From the NCBI GenBank assembly GCA_040220235.1, contig JAVJTO010000059.1: a stretch of 64,000 bases of DNA; one strand, written 5' to 3'. Below, one piece after another: positions 51,968-62,588 of this stretch. The notes below the pieces were generated by a model. The model saw only the letters and a list, made by a program, of their open reading frames with translations, searched no databases and had not been told where the DNA came from. Position numbers and translations under genes: made by a program. How positions within the stretch are numbered: the stretch's first letter is position 1; each line of letters starts with the position of its first letter. Source of the DNA: Coleofasciculus sp. B1-GNL1-01. Lineage in GTDB: Bacteria > Cyanobacteriota > Cyanobacteriia > Cyanobacteriales > Coleofasciculaceae.

Positions 51968-52444
51968 ATGACTTGGCGCGGCTCAACAACAGTTAAAGAT
52001 CGAATTTTTGCAGCGCTGCCCTATCTGCTGCCTTTATTGTACGCACTGCCCTTTGGTGTTTTTCTACTCAGACAGTTTCCTGTCCTAAATATTATTCTTA
52101 TACCGCTCTCTCCTTTAATTTTCATTAAAAGCACAATTCCATTGGCGGGACTGATTCTTTTCTTTGTCTTATTTTTAGCCGTTGTGCGGAATGAAAGGAT
52201 TGCCCACTTTATTCGTTTTAATACGATGCAGGCGATTCTTTTAGATATTCTACTGGTTCTATGTAGTTTTGCCATGAGCATTCTCGGACGAGGATTGGGA
52301 GCGAACTTTTTCCTAGAAACCCTATCCAACGTGATCTTTTTAGGTACGCTTGCGGCTTGCGGCTACGGGATAGTTCAGTCATTGCTGGGGCGCTACGCCG
52401 AAATTCCCACACTTTCGGAAGCGGTTTACGCCCAAGTTCGATGA
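51968..52444 (+). CDS. Tic20/Ycf60-family membrane protein
   Basis: DRIFAALPYLLPL, VVRN..I.HFIRFN.MQA, YAEIP.LSEA. Confidence 0.9.
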   Translation: MTWRGSTTVKDRIFAALPYLLPLLYALPFGVFLLRQFPVLNIILIPLSPLIFIKSTIPLAGLILFFVLFLAVVRNERIAHFIRFNTMQAILLDILLVLCSFAMSILGRGLGANFFLETLSNVIFLGTLAACGYGIVQSLLGRYAEIPTLSEAVYAQVR

Positions 52445-52522
52445 TTGGTCATTGGTCATTGGTCATTGGTCATTGGTCATTCGTTTATGTAAGGGTTTGA
52501 GGAATATTTACCAAAAAACTGG

Positions 52523-53314
52523 TTAAAGAGTGACGGGTGCAGGACGGGGGACGACAGTGTTTTCTAAATGACCAATTCCCTCAATTTCCACACGGACGCG
52601 ATCGCCGATTTGCATTGGACCAATCCCTCGTGGCGTACCGGTAAGGATTACGTCCCCAGGAAGCAGGGTCATAATCTGAGAAATATAGGAGACTAAGACG
52701 TCCGGGGCAAATACCATTTGATCAATGGATGTCGATTGTACAGGTTCTGGCGCATCGTTTAAAAACGTCTGCAACTTCGCCCCAGCACTCAACTCCCGCA
52801 CAATCCAAGGTCCTAGGGGACAAAAGGTATTAAAACCCTTTGCCCTCGTCCATTGACCGTCTTGTTTTTGTAAGTCGCGAGCGGTGACATCGTTGGCGAT
52901 GGTGTACCCCCAAATTTTTCCTTGGGCTTGTTCGGGCGTACAGTCTACACAGAGTTCACCAATAACCAGCGCCAACTCTCCCTCATAGTCCACCCGTTCT
53001 GACTGAGGCGGAAACTGGATGTCTCGATCCGCCGCCGTTATGGTTGTCGGTGGTTTGAGAAACAACAAGGGTTCCTGGGGAACAGGTGTTCCCATTTCAA
53101 CGGCGTGATCCATATAGTTTTTGCCCACGGCGACAATCTTGGATGGCGCACAGGGAGCTAATAGGGTATAACTATCCGGCGCTAACTCCAGATCAGTGGG
53201 TTGACCCTGTAGCCAAGGTGGTGCATCCAAAACCTGGATACTGCGGTTGAGTTGCAGCAAGCCATAGTAGGTTTGCCCTTGAGCCGTTTTAATTCGGACG
53301 TAGCGCTGCGCCAT
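52523..53314 (-). CDS. Fumarylacetoacetate hydrolase family protein
   Basis: VGKNY..H, FLKP, DYEGEL, NDVTARD, LPGDVILTGTP. Confidence 0.93.
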   Translation of the reverse strand: MAQRYVRIKTAQGQTYYGLLQLNRSIQVLDAPPWLQGQPTDLELAPDSYTLLAPCAPSKIVAVGKNYMDHAVEMGTPVPQEPLLFLKPPTTITAADRDIQFPPQSERVDYEGELALVIGELCVDCTPEQAQGKIWGYTIANDVTARDLQKQDGQWTRAKGFNTFCPLGPWIVRELSAGAKLQTFLNDAPEPVQSTSIDQMVFAPDVLVSYISQIMTLLPGDVILTGTPRGIGPMQIGDRVRVEIEGIGHLENTVVPRPAPVTL

Positions 53315-53376
53315 GATATTAGAGATTCCTTGGTAATTGAATGAGAGCATTCTACTGATATGGGATTTTGATTGAC

Positions 53377-53939
53377 CGGAAATAATGGGTCACAATCCGC
53401 GTCCTTGTCTTGTAGGATGGCTTTTAAAATTTTTCGGATAGTCTATACTGCTGTAGTATAAGAAACAAGCAGTTAACGAAAACCGAGTGCTGCCTAAGTC
53501 GCGGGAGGGCATTCCGAGACTATAATAAGACCCCAAGAGGGGCTGTTTTCAACGCAGCGTCAACCCCACTCAGCGACCACCCCGAAAAAGGTGGCGCGGT
53601 AAGGAGATCAACCTGGCAGCTAGCTAGAATTAACGTAATCGCGGAAGTCCTCACTATTCAGAAAAGAATAGCGCAAGAGGTTCCTTTGGCATTATTCGGT
53701 TGGAACTCCAACCCTAAACCGCTCTAACCAAGCGGACTAACAAAATATCAATGCCTGCGGGAGGCGGGCGACTGCCTGTGGACGCTGAATAAGACCAATA
53801 GAGGGCAACTTCGACTTCGCTCAGTTAACTTTGGAGGCATCGGCGGATGAAGCGGGAAATTCCAAAGACGAATAACACCGTCCTTGTTTTTAAGAGGTTG
53901 GAAGCTCCAACTTCAGCGAAGCAAGTTGGGATACTTCAC
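53377..53939 (+). mobile_element. Non-autonomous IS200/IS605 (TnpB-type) derivative keeping both ends and the omega-RNA region
   Basis: Left-end hairpin (GTCCT..TAGGATGGCTTTT); TnpB C-terminal relic NINACGRRATACG* at 53744-53788; GATGAAGCGGGAA; right-end GAAGCTCCAACT..AGTTGGGA.ACTTCAC. Confidence 0.65.
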
Positions 53940-54153
53940 TACCAAAAAATAGTAAAATTGCAAGAGTATAATCTGGGCGGATTGTTTGCACTCAAGCCTA
54001 GAGGTAGGAAAGAACCCAGATTTGCCATAGAGTAAAGCAGTCAAATCTGCTCCTATCCTTGCTTCTTTGAGCGGGATAGCTTCTTGGTGAAAACGCTGTG
54101 GCTATCCCGAATCAGCAAAAGAAGCCCAATTGTCCATAAGGAGAAGACCATTT

Positions 54154-54483
54154 GTGAGCGATAGTTACGAAATGATGTACATCCTGCGTCCTGATATGTC
54201 AGAGGAGCAGGTTAACCAAGCGGTGACCAAGTATAAAGATCTCCTGCAAGAGCAAGGCGGTGAGGAGATTGACATCCAACATCGCGGTAAGCGTCGTTTG
54301 GCTTATCCCATCGACAGACACCGCGAAGGCGTCTATATCCAAATGAACTATAAAGCGCCCCCGACTCATGTGGCTCAGATTCAGCGAGCGATGCGCTATG
54401 GAGATGAGGTTATTCGTTATCTGACGCTGAAACAGGAACTTCCCCCCGAACCCCAACCCGAACCGGTTGAGGTAGAAGCTTAG
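54154..54483 (+). CDS. rpsF: 30S ribosomal protein S6
   Basis: YEMMYILRPD, GKRRLAYPI, VIRYL; AGGAG RBS before the GTG at 54154. Confidence 0.97.
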   Translation: MSDSYEMMYILRPDMSEEQVNQAVTKYKDLLQEQGGEEIDIQHRGKRRLAYPIDRHREGVYIQMNYKAPPTHVAQIQRAMRYGDEVIRYLTLKQELPPEPQPEPVEVEA

Positions 54484-54696
54484 GGATAGGGAGCGGCGTA
54501 AAAATAAAGTACCAGTGAGGAAAGCTGAAATTCATGAACTCAGCCAAGTCTCCTTGGTAAATTATTAAGTCGCAAGCAACCGCAAAGGCGGTTAGGACAC
54601 ATCATTTATGTAGAGACGCGCCATGGCGCGTCTCTAGCACTATCGAGGCTAACCATCTGATTAGAATTGGGATGACATCAAAAGGACAAGCCGCCC

Positions 54697-55302
54697 GTGC
54701 CAAAGACCAAAATTCTCCAAGAAGGACAATCCTATACCTTCCGATCTTATTTCCAGATGCCCTACGAGGCAGAGGATATTCTTGCCGAGTTTGATTACAC
54801 CCTTCACAAGTCACGTCTATCTTTACCCCTGTCTCAAAAGCAACTTGACCAACTCCCAGCATTGCAGCAGCGGCTAGAGGACACTCTCCTATTAACCAGC
54901 TTGAGTAACGAAGCGGCGCGACGGGAAGCTTTGGTCTTTCCTGTACTGCTGGAAGTTGCCCGGTTATGCCAGTGCCAAATTCGTATTGAATACCCTCTAA
55001 CTGTGAATCATTGGCTCAAAGGTAACCTGGACTACCTTGTGCGGGGGAAGACAGGTCTGATTGTGGTTGAGGCGAAACATGATGACTTGACCAGAGGTTT
55101 TACACAGTTAGCCGTGGAACTGATAGCATTAACCCAAGTTGAAGAACAAAACATTCTCTACGGTGCTGTCACGATTGGAGATGCTTGGCGATTTGGCAAA
55201 ATAGAGAGAACCGAACATCGCATCACCCAAGACATTACGTTATATCGGGTGCCCGACGACCTAGAACAGCTCACCCAAATTCTCATCGGACTTTTTGATT
55301 AA
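54697..55302 (+). CDS. Conserved hypothetical protein, PD-(D/E)xK-like fold
   Basis: E.ARRE, G.LDY..VVEAK, QL..ELIA, YGAVT.G..W.F. Confidence 0.7.
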   Translation: MPKTKILQEGQSYTFRSYFQMPYEAEDILAEFDYTLHKSRLSLPLSQKQLDQLPALQQRLEDTLLLTSLSNEAARREALVFPVLLEVARLCQCQIRIEYPLTVNHWLKGNLDYLVRGKTGLIVVEAKHDDLTRGFTQLAVELIALTQVEEQNILYGAVTIGDAWRFGKIERTEHRITQDITLYRVPDDLEQLTQILIGLFD

Positions 55303-55624
55303 ATCTCTTGTTGAGAAACGGCTCGATTAGAATCTGCTGTCAATAATCAGGCAACCCTTCAACCAATAAGTCCTGACTTAGGCAACAATAGTAGGAAGAG
55401 TCATAGTAAGATTACTCTCAACTACTGATTATGCAACGAGTAGGTAGATAGAACTAAACATCCTCTAAAATTGCGATTTTCTTATTGTTCATCATTCAGG
55501 TTTTATCGCGATTCTGCCCAATTCGCGATCGCTCGGTACTCGTTGTTACGATCACGTTGTTACGATCAAGTCTTTCCCTTAAATCTCGTCCTCTTGTTGC
55601 CCGACGCTCCTAGACCCTACCAGC

Positions 55625-57718
55625 ATGACTGTAACGGATACTGTTGCCCATAAAATTTCGAGCTGGAATCGGCAAATCTATAAACGCTTGAAACTTGCTC
55701 TCAGTCTCGGACTACGGCGTCAAATTTTTGTGGCGATTTGTGATGATCTGAGTCTGCGGAATCGTCTGGCGGGCAAACTTCATGGAGAGTTGGGGACAAC
55801 TTCTGCGATCGCGCCTGCTAATGGTTCAAGCTCTACTAATTTAGTCAGCCTGAACATTAATGTCAATGATCCCCATCCCTTTGCCCAAATAGCTACCTGG
55901 TTAGCTCAAAATCGCCATTCTCCTATCGCGACATCCCCTCCCAGTTTCCAATTCCTGGGTGTTGAACGCTTAACCCGTCAATCCCCAACAGTACAGCAAC
56001 TGTTTCTCCGGCGTTTACAGTCGATTGAGCGCTATTTGCCCCAGTTAGACGCCAATGTGATACTCTGGCTACCCCGCCCTTGGTTCCATTCCATTGTTCA
56101 GTCTGTACCGGAATTTTGGCGGTGGCATACTGGGGTATTCGAGTTTGAAGGGGAACCCACCCCACTCCCCCCGGTTGGCGCGACTCAACCCGAAGCCTCT
56201 CCCACGGCGGTGATGACTCAGGAGACAGAGGAGACAGAGGAGACGACGGCTTCGTTCCAAGAAACCTTGCAGACGGTGCTAACCCAGGAGGTGGACGAAA
56301 ATCTGGATTTGCAGTTGTTCCAAAATAGTGTGGGCAACAATGGACATTCTAGCGAGGAGACTGAACCCCTTATTGCCCCGACTAACGGCAAGTCTGGTGC
56401 TAATTTGAATGGCAAAGGGATGCTGGGGGCTGTGGACTTTGAGATGGAAGAAACACCATTACCGCCGCAAAATCCGCCTACATCCCAACATCCTGCGGAT
56501 ACCTCAACGGAATCCCCAGATCTCCCCCAAGCCGCGTCACCCGCTGAGGCGTATTTACAACTGGGGAATCATTACCGTCATGCGATTGAACAAGGAGACA
56601 CCTCAGAAGAAAATTTAGCGATCGCGATTCAGGCGTATGAGCAGGCGTTGCAGTGGTTAGATGATACCTCGCCCTACGTGGCGGATGTTCTTAATGATTT
56701 GGGAAATCTCTATTGGATGCTTTCCCGATGTCCCCAGGATACAGGGGTGCGTCTATCGTATCTGGAACAGGGGATTCAAGCTTATCAGTTGGCATTAACC
56801 AAATTAACGGCTCAAGACGCGCCCCACACCTATGCCATGATCCAAAATAATTTAGGGGCAGCCTATGGGGATTTGGCTCGCTATCATGATGTCGCGGATA
56901 ACTTAGAACTCTCGATTCGAGCCTACGAAGAGGCATTACACTATCGTAATCCAGAAAATGACCCGCTCAAATATGCCTCTACCCAAAATAACTTAGGCAC
57001 AGCCTATTGGCATCTAGCACAACATCACTCTCCTGTCAATAACTTACAGGCAGCAATTGGGGCGTATGCGGAAGCCCTGTGTTATTACAACAGTCGCTCG
57101 AATGCTACGAATTGGGCGATGATTCAAAATAATTTAGGTACAGCTTACTGGAATCTGGCACAGTATGAACAACCGGAAACCTGGCTGGAGTTAGCGGTGA
57201 TAGCCTATAAAGATGCGTTAACCTATCGTACCCCAGAGGTGTCTCCGGCTGCCTGTGCCGCGACTCAGAATAATTTGGGTACGGCGTATTGGCATCTGGC
57301 GGATCGCTGTGTGGAAGACCATCAGAGACGAGCAGACTATTTACGCCATTGTATCGCGGCTTACGAGGTCGCGATCGCGTTAGCCGAGGAATTGGCACAG
57401 ACTCAGCCGCCGACATCGGTTAATTTTGATGTTATCGCCACTCGGAATAATTTGGGACTTGCCCATTATCAGTTTGCCACTGAACCGTCTTTGGGTGCGG
57501 GAAAAGAGGATCAATCCCACCATCTACAAACCGCCCTCCATCAGCATGTTCAAGCTTGTAGGGGAGTCGCGGCGCGATCGGATGTTTACCAAACCTCTTT
57601 GGACTATATCATTAAAACTATTCGCACGTTCTACCAGGAACAAGGGATTAGTGGGCAAAATCTGGCACTGTCTAAGGTACCGGGTCAGCTTTTACCGGAA
57701 ATTTTGCCACGGCTGTAG
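55625..57718 (+). CDS. TPR-repeat protein
   Basis: Repeated A..QNNLG.AY..AI.AY..AL units. Confidence 0.9.
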   Translation: MTVTDTVAHKISSWNRQIYKRLKLALSLGLRRQIFVAICDDLSLRNRLAGKLHGELGTTSAIAPANGSSSTNLVSLNINVNDPHPFAQIATWLAQNRHSPIATSPPSFQFLGVERLTRQSPTVQQLFLRRLQSIERYLPQLDANVILWLPRPWFHSIVQSVPEFWRWHTGVFEFEGEPTPLPPVGATQPEASPTAVMTQETEETEETTASFQETLQTVLTQEVDENLDLQLFQNSVGNNGHSSEETEPLIAPTNGKSGANLNGKGMLGAVDFEMEETPLPPQNPPTSQHPADTSTESPDLPQAASPAEAYLQLGNHYRHAIEQGDTSEENLAIAIQAYEQALQWLDDTSPYVADVLNDLGNLYWMLSRCPQDTGVRLSYLEQGIQAYQLALTKLTAQDAPHTYAMIQNNLGAAYGDLARYHDVADNLELSIRAYEEALHYRNPENDPLKYASTQNNLGTAYWHLAQHHSPVNNLQAAIGAYAEALCYYNSRSNATNWAMIQNNLGTAYWNLAQYEQPETWLELAVIAYKDALTYRTPEVSPAACAATQNNLGTAYWHLADRCVEDHQRRADYLRHCIAAYEVAIALAEELAQTQPPTSVNFDVIATRNNLGLAHYQFATEPSLGAGKEDQSHHLQTALHQHVQACRGVAARSDVYQTSLDYIIKTIRTFYQEQGISGQNLALSKVPGQLLPEILPRL

Positions 57719-58137
57719 AGGGGGGTGTCGGGGTGTCGGGTGTCAGGTGTCGGGTGTCGGGTTTCGGGGTGTTTCTTGAACTCAGTCAGGACGGGTTTTG
57801 TACAAACGTTACCATTAATAGCCAAACGAAAATTCCTAAACCCGCCCCTACAAACCCGCTTCTATTAGCAAGCGTGTTGGTTGAATACTTCCCCAATCAC
57901 CAATCAACAAATGACCTGACTTTTCACGGGATCTGGAAAACCTCTCTCCAAACCTCTCTCCTGCAAGGAGAGAGGCTTTGAATTCTCCTCCTTCCGTGCA
58001 CCTCATGGAACAAAAGCGAAGCATCCTCTGGCTTTCCCCTTTTGAAGGGAAGAGGGGGATGTGATGGGGGGGAACGACGGGGGTTAGGTTTGATATCGAT
58101 TTTTCTAGATGGCGTGAAAAGTCAGAACAAATGACAA

Positions 58138-59100
58138 CTACCGAGACATTGACTCGATTTTGATTATCTGTCCATCGTCTACCATGACTTGAGTACCGGG
58201 GACGATTTGTCCTTGTTGGGATCTCGATAAACCAATGTTGACGGTATTCCCATTTTTCAGTTCCACGCTGGCGATGTTACCAGTGATACTGGCAATTCGT
58301 CCTTGCATGGGGGCGTCGTATTCAATCACCGTTAAGTCCGGTTCCATGGAATTCTCACTCATGGGATTGATATCGACAATACGCCCATCGTCTACCATGA
58401 CTTGAGTACCGGGGACGATTTGTCCTTGTTGAGATCTAGATAAACCAATGCTGACAGTATCCCCATTTTTCAGTTCCACGCTAGCGATGTTACCTGTAAT
58501 GCTGGCAATTCGACCTTGCATGGGGGCGTCGTATTCAATCACCATTAAGTCCGGTTCCATGGAATTCTCACTCATGGGATTGATATCGACAATACGCCCA
58601 TCGTCTACCATGACTTGAGTACCGGGGACGATTCGTCCTTGTTGGGATCTAGATAAACCGACACTGACACTCTCCCCATTTTTCAGTTCCACGCTAGCGA
58701 TGTTACCCGTGATACTGGCAACTCGACCTTGCATGGGTATAGCATAATCGGCGTCGGCTACGATATGACCTTTGAGGCGTTTATCTTGAGAATCAATGGC
58801 GACAATTCGACCATAAGCCACCCACACGTCGGTTCCAGCTTCTAATCGACCCAGTTTCCAACGGGCGACGGGAATGGTTTGGCGTTCACCATTGTCCATC
58901 TCAATCGTGGCAAAGTTAGAGGCGCGGCTGACAACTTCCCCATGTTTGGGTTGCACGGGTTCAGCTTCTGTTGTATTAGGAGTATTGGGATTGAGTGAAC
59001 CTTCGCCCAGGGGACGTGCGATCGCGGAGGTTCCGGCAACAGCACAAAGTACGGCACTTAACATTGTACCTGTTAGGAGTTTGGGTGTGGAAATTCGCAT
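58138..59100 (-). CDS. Secreted protein with tandem 71-aa OB-fold-like repeats
   Basis: Signal peptide; 213-bp period (58172/58385/58598) encoding MQGRIASITGNIASVELKNG..IVPGTQVMV. Confidence 0.8.
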   Translation of the reverse strand: MRISTPKLLTGTMLSAVLCAVAGTSAIARPLGEGSLNPNTPNTTEAEPVQPKHGEVVSRASNFATIEMDNGERQTIPVARWKLGRLEAGTDVWVAYGRIVAIDSQDKRLKGHIVADADYAIPMQGRVASITGNIASVELKNGESVSVGLSRSQQGRIVPGTQVMVDDGRIVDINPMSENSMEPDLMVIEYDAPMQGRIASITGNIASVELKNGDTVSIGLSRSQQGQIVPGTQVMVDDGRIVDINPMSENSMEPDLTVIEYDAPMQGRIASITGNIASVELKNGNTVNIGLSRSQQGQIVPGTQVMVDDGQIIKIESMSR

Positions 59101-59329
59101 ATAAACCTTTGTTAATTCAGCAACGGATTAATTTTTTCTGGAATTAAACCTATCTTTTAGCTTAGAAATTAAAAGGTAATGAAATCATGACTCGAAGGAT
59201 AGATGTTTGCTCTGATGCGTAAGTTGGAGAGAAAAGAGACGGATATCTATCTTTTGGGGGTTTACTCTATCAAATAGGGTTTTGAAGCAACGGCTCTGCT
59301 TAAATATTTCAATTGACTGGATGTAATAA

Positions 59330-59824
59330 TTAGCTACGTTCATACCTAATAATATTGAATCGTTCTGTATCTTTTGGAGGCTGAAAGTATTTTGTTATCG
59401 CCTCAAATTCTGCATCGCTGGTAAATGCGGCTCCGTCTGGTTTATTCTGGCTGCGTTTCTTTAGCTGTTGTTTACACAGATTGTTAGTTGCATCGATAAA
59501 ATGAAGTTCATGAGCAACATTAGTTCTCTCGATAAGCTGACGGAACCACTGACGTTGATTTTGGGTATTGGCGGGAAAATCGAGAACAACTGAGATTCCA
59601 TTTAATAAAAGCGTACAAATGTGATTAGCAATGGCATTTTTGAGACGCCAAGAATATTTAACGTAACTGGGAATATCAATAATTTCTTCGGGATAGAGTT
59701 GGCAGAGTAGGTCATCTTCAACTAGCAGAATGGCATTATGATCATTGGCTAGCTGTTTGGCTAAGGTTGATTTTCCGGCTGCCATTTTTCCACAAAAGAA
59801 ATAGAGGGTGGCTTGGTTGTTCAT
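59330..59824 (-). CDS. P-loop kinase/ATPase (AAA_33-like)
   Basis: GKMAAGKST, VVLDF. Confidence 0.82.
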   Translation of the reverse strand: MNNQATLYFFCGKMAAGKSTLAKQLANDHNAILLVEDDLLCQLYPEEIIDIPSYVKYSWRLKNAIANHICTLLLNGISVVLDFPANTQNQRQWFRQLIERTNVAHELHFIDATNNLCKQQLKKRSQNKPDGAAFTSDAEFEAITKYFQPPKDTERFNIIRYERS

Positions 59825-59850
59825 TTAGGAGTATCTCTCTATTCAGGTAC

Positions 59851-60612
59851 TTATTGGTTGACGTAGGGTGAAACAGTTTTCGCCCAGTTGAGGTATCCTT
59901 TGCCGTTTAAATGCACGCCGTCAATGGTATATACGGGGTCAAGTTGTTTCTGTTCGTTGGTAAATTGTTGATGTAAATCAATGTAGGTATAGGAAAATTC
60001 ACTGGCTAGGTTTTGCAGGTGGCGATTGACGGCGATAATCTCAGAGTTGTTGACTGTAATGGAATAGTTGATGGTGTTCATGGGTAAGAGGCTTTGAATA
60101 AAGACTTGGGTTTCTGGGGTTTGGCGTTTAATTTGTTCCAGGATGAGGCGATAGTTTGCGGCGATTTCGCTGGCGGGTTTCTTTTCATTCCAGAGGTCGT
60201 TTGCACCAATCATTAGAAAGAGTTTTTGGGGTTGGGATGCGGTGATTTCATTGAGGCGATTGAGAACGCCGTCGGTGGTGTCTCCAGAGATGCCGCGATT
60301 GCGGATATTGGCGTTTCCGAGGAGTTCTGCCCATTCGCCTTGATCGGTGAGACTATCACCAATGAAGATAATTTCGGTTTCGGAGTTTGGCATTTGCTCA
60401 AACATTTGTTTTCGCATTTGGTGATAGGTGGATTGATAGGTGTTGCGACGACGGGCTATGGTTACGGTTTGTTCGATTTGTTGATTAAAGGGGAGTTTGC
60501 TGACGAGGTAGGGGATGCCGCCTCTGCGAATGATTAGGATACTGAAGAGGATGATAAAGAGTAGGTTTAGGCTGAGTGATATCCAAAGGATTAGGGGGTT
60601 TTTGGTCGTCAT
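59851..60612 (-). CDS. GDSL/SGNH hydrolase with an N-terminal membrane anchor
   Basis: IGDSLT, NRGISGD, GAND, DGVH. Confidence 0.92.
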   Translation of the reverse strand: MTTKNPLILWISLSLNLLFIILFSILIIRRGGIPYLVSKLPFNQQIEQTVTIARRRNTYQSTYHQMRKQMFEQMPNSETEIIFIGDSLTDQGEWAELLGNANIRNRGISGDTTDGVLNRLNEITASQPQKLFLMIGANDLWNEKKPASEIAANYRLILEQIKRQTPETQVFIQSLLPMNTINYSITVNNSEIIAVNRHLQNLASEFSYTYIDLHQQFTNEQKQLDPVYTIDGVHLNGKGYLNWAKTVSPYVNQ

Positions 60613-60679
60613 GGGGAATCGGTAGATGGGTTTGGGAATAATTGTAGTGGTGTGGCACACCTTAATTGGTGGATTAGAA

Positions 60680-60965
60680 TTGTAGGGGCGGGTTTAGGGA
60701 CTAAATTTGGCTAGTTAGAACTAACTGAACAACGAAACCCGCCCTGCATCACCGATAACTAAACCAGGAAATATGTCATATTTTACCAATAAATAAACAA
60801 CGAAACTCGTCCTGCATCACCGATAACTGAACCAGGAAATATGCTATATTTTGCCAACAAATGAACAACGAAACCCGTCCTACATTACCGATAATTGAAC
60901 CAGGAAATATGCTGTATTTTATCAAAATGAATAACGAAACCTGCTTTATGTTAACCAATAACTGA
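60680..60965. repeat. REP-like element followed by ~68-bp tandem repeats (about 4 copies)
   Basis: AACGAAAC..ACCGATAA..ACCAGGAAATATG units at 60731, 60799, 60867, 60933. Confidence 0.8.
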
Positions 60966-61105
60966 GCAATAAAATCTGCCCTTTTTCTGTAGGGATGGGT
61001 TTTATTGATAAGGTGGTGTTGATGTTCTGATCATTGGATAGGCTAAAGCCCTTACTACAAACTACGGACGAGGATATAATATTTTAGGTGCTTTGAGGGG
61101 GAAAG

Positions 61106-62422
61106 TTGATGAGTGTGATTCCATCAAAACCATGCTATTGGCTGAAAAATGCCCGTGTGCCAATCTCAATGTTACAGGTTGAGGATAGATCGATTTTGGA
61201 GAGTCGAACCTCTGAGGGATTGTGTTTGGTGGATATTCAGGTGGCTGGGGGAAAGGTGGCGCAAGTTGTGCGGGCGAATTCTCAGTCGATCGCAGATACG
61301 GCGGTGGTGGATCTGCAGGGGGGACAGGTTTGGGCGGGGTTTGTGGATGTGCATACTCATCTGGATAAGGGGCATATTTGGCAACGCACGCCGAATCCGG
61401 AGGGGACGTTTGATCTGGCGTTGGAGAGGGTAAAACAGGATAGTTTACAGTATTGGCAAGCGGAGGATGTTTATCGCCGCATGGCGTTTGGGTTGAGGTG
61501 TAGTTATGCCCATGGTACTCAGGCGATTCGCACCCATATTGATGCGTTTGGGGAACAGGCGCGGATTAGTTTTGGCGTGTTTCAGCAGTTACAGCAGGAA
61601 TGGGCGAATCGATTGGTGTTACAGGCGGTTTCTTTGGTGTCGCTGGATTATTATTTGACGCCGGAAGGGGTGAAGTTGGCGGATTTGGTGGCGGAAGTGG
61701 GGGGAGTTTTGGGGGGGGTGGCGTATATGAATCCGGATATTGAGGCGCAGTTGAATCGGGTGTTTCGGCTGGCGCAGGAACGGGATTTGGCGCTGGATTT
61801 TCATACGGATGAGAATGATAATCCGGAGTCGATTTGTTTGAGGAAGGTGGCGGAGGCGGCGCTGCGGTTTCAGTTTGGGCGACAGGTGGTTTGTGGACAT
61901 TGTTGTAGTTTGGCGGTACAGTCGCCGGAGGTGGTGGCGGAAACCTTGGCGCTGGTGAAGGAGGCGGGGATTGGGGTGGTGAGTTTACCGTTATCGAATC
62001 TATTTTTACAGGATCGGACGTTGGGGAGAACACCGCGTTGGCGGGGGGTGACGGTGATTCAAGAGTTACAGGAGTCTGGAATTCCGGTGACGTTGGCGAG
62101 TGATAATTGCCGTGATCCGTTTTTTGGGTTTGGGGATCATGATGTGTTGGAGGTGTTTAATCAAGGGGTGAGAGTTGCCCATTTGGATGGGGTGTATGAG
62201 GAGTCTCCGGCGATGGTGACGAAAACGGCGGCGGATTTGATGGGGTTGGCGGATGTGGGGCGAATTGGTGTGGGGTTGGCGGCGAATCTGGTTTGGTTTA
62301 AGGGACGTAGTTATAGTGAATTGTTATCACGTCCGCAGTGCGATCGCGTGGTGATTCGTGATGGAGTGGCGATTGATACGACGTTACCGGATTACCGGGA
62401 GTTGGATGGGTTGAGTTCGTAG
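61106..62422 (+). CDS. codA: Cytosine deaminase (amidohydrolase family)
   Basis: DVHTHLDK, IRTH.D, DFHTDE, GHCCSL, ASDNCRD. Confidence 0.88.
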   Translation: MMSVIPSKPCYWLKNARVPISMLQVEDRSILESRTSEGLCLVDIQVAGGKVAQVVRANSQSIADTAVVDLQGGQVWAGFVDVHTHLDKGHIWQRTPNPEGTFDLALERVKQDSLQYWQAEDVYRRMAFGLRCSYAHGTQAIRTHIDAFGEQARISFGVFQQLQQEWANRLVLQAVSLVSLDYYLTPEGVKLADLVAEVGGVLGGVAYMNPDIEAQLNRVFRLAQERDLALDFHTDENDNPESICLRKVAEAALRFQFGRQVVCGHCCSLAVQSPEVVAETLALVKEAGIGVVSLPLSNLFLQDRTLGRTPRWRGVTVIQELQESGIPVTLASDNCRDPFFGFGDHDVLEVFNQGVRVAHLDGVYEESPAMVTKTAADLMGLADVGRIGVGLAANLVWFKGRSYSELLSRPQCDRVVIRDGVAIDTTLPDYRELDGLSS

Positions 62423-62588
62423 TTAGGGAACTTTAGCCCTTGAAAAGTGGTATTTCTTGACTTGTGTTAATCGGGGCGGGTTTATTGATTTAAGGGAATT
62501 GTGGCATCGGTTAACAGTCAAACCCGCCCCTACAGAATACCTTTTTTATCCAAAGGTTTAACGGTGGTAGGGCTTGGGAACCAAGCCC

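Noticed and set aside
54697..55302. Restriction or anti-phage system
   Set aside because: Single widespread cyanobacterial PD-(D/E)xK-like gene with no partner genes
60731..60965. 68-bp periodic repeats as a second CRISPR array near cas6
   Set aside because: Whole units are similar to each other; there are no unique spacers
61566..62033. Pro-rich antisense ORF inside codA
   Set aside because: By-product of the strong G/T skew of the codA coding strand
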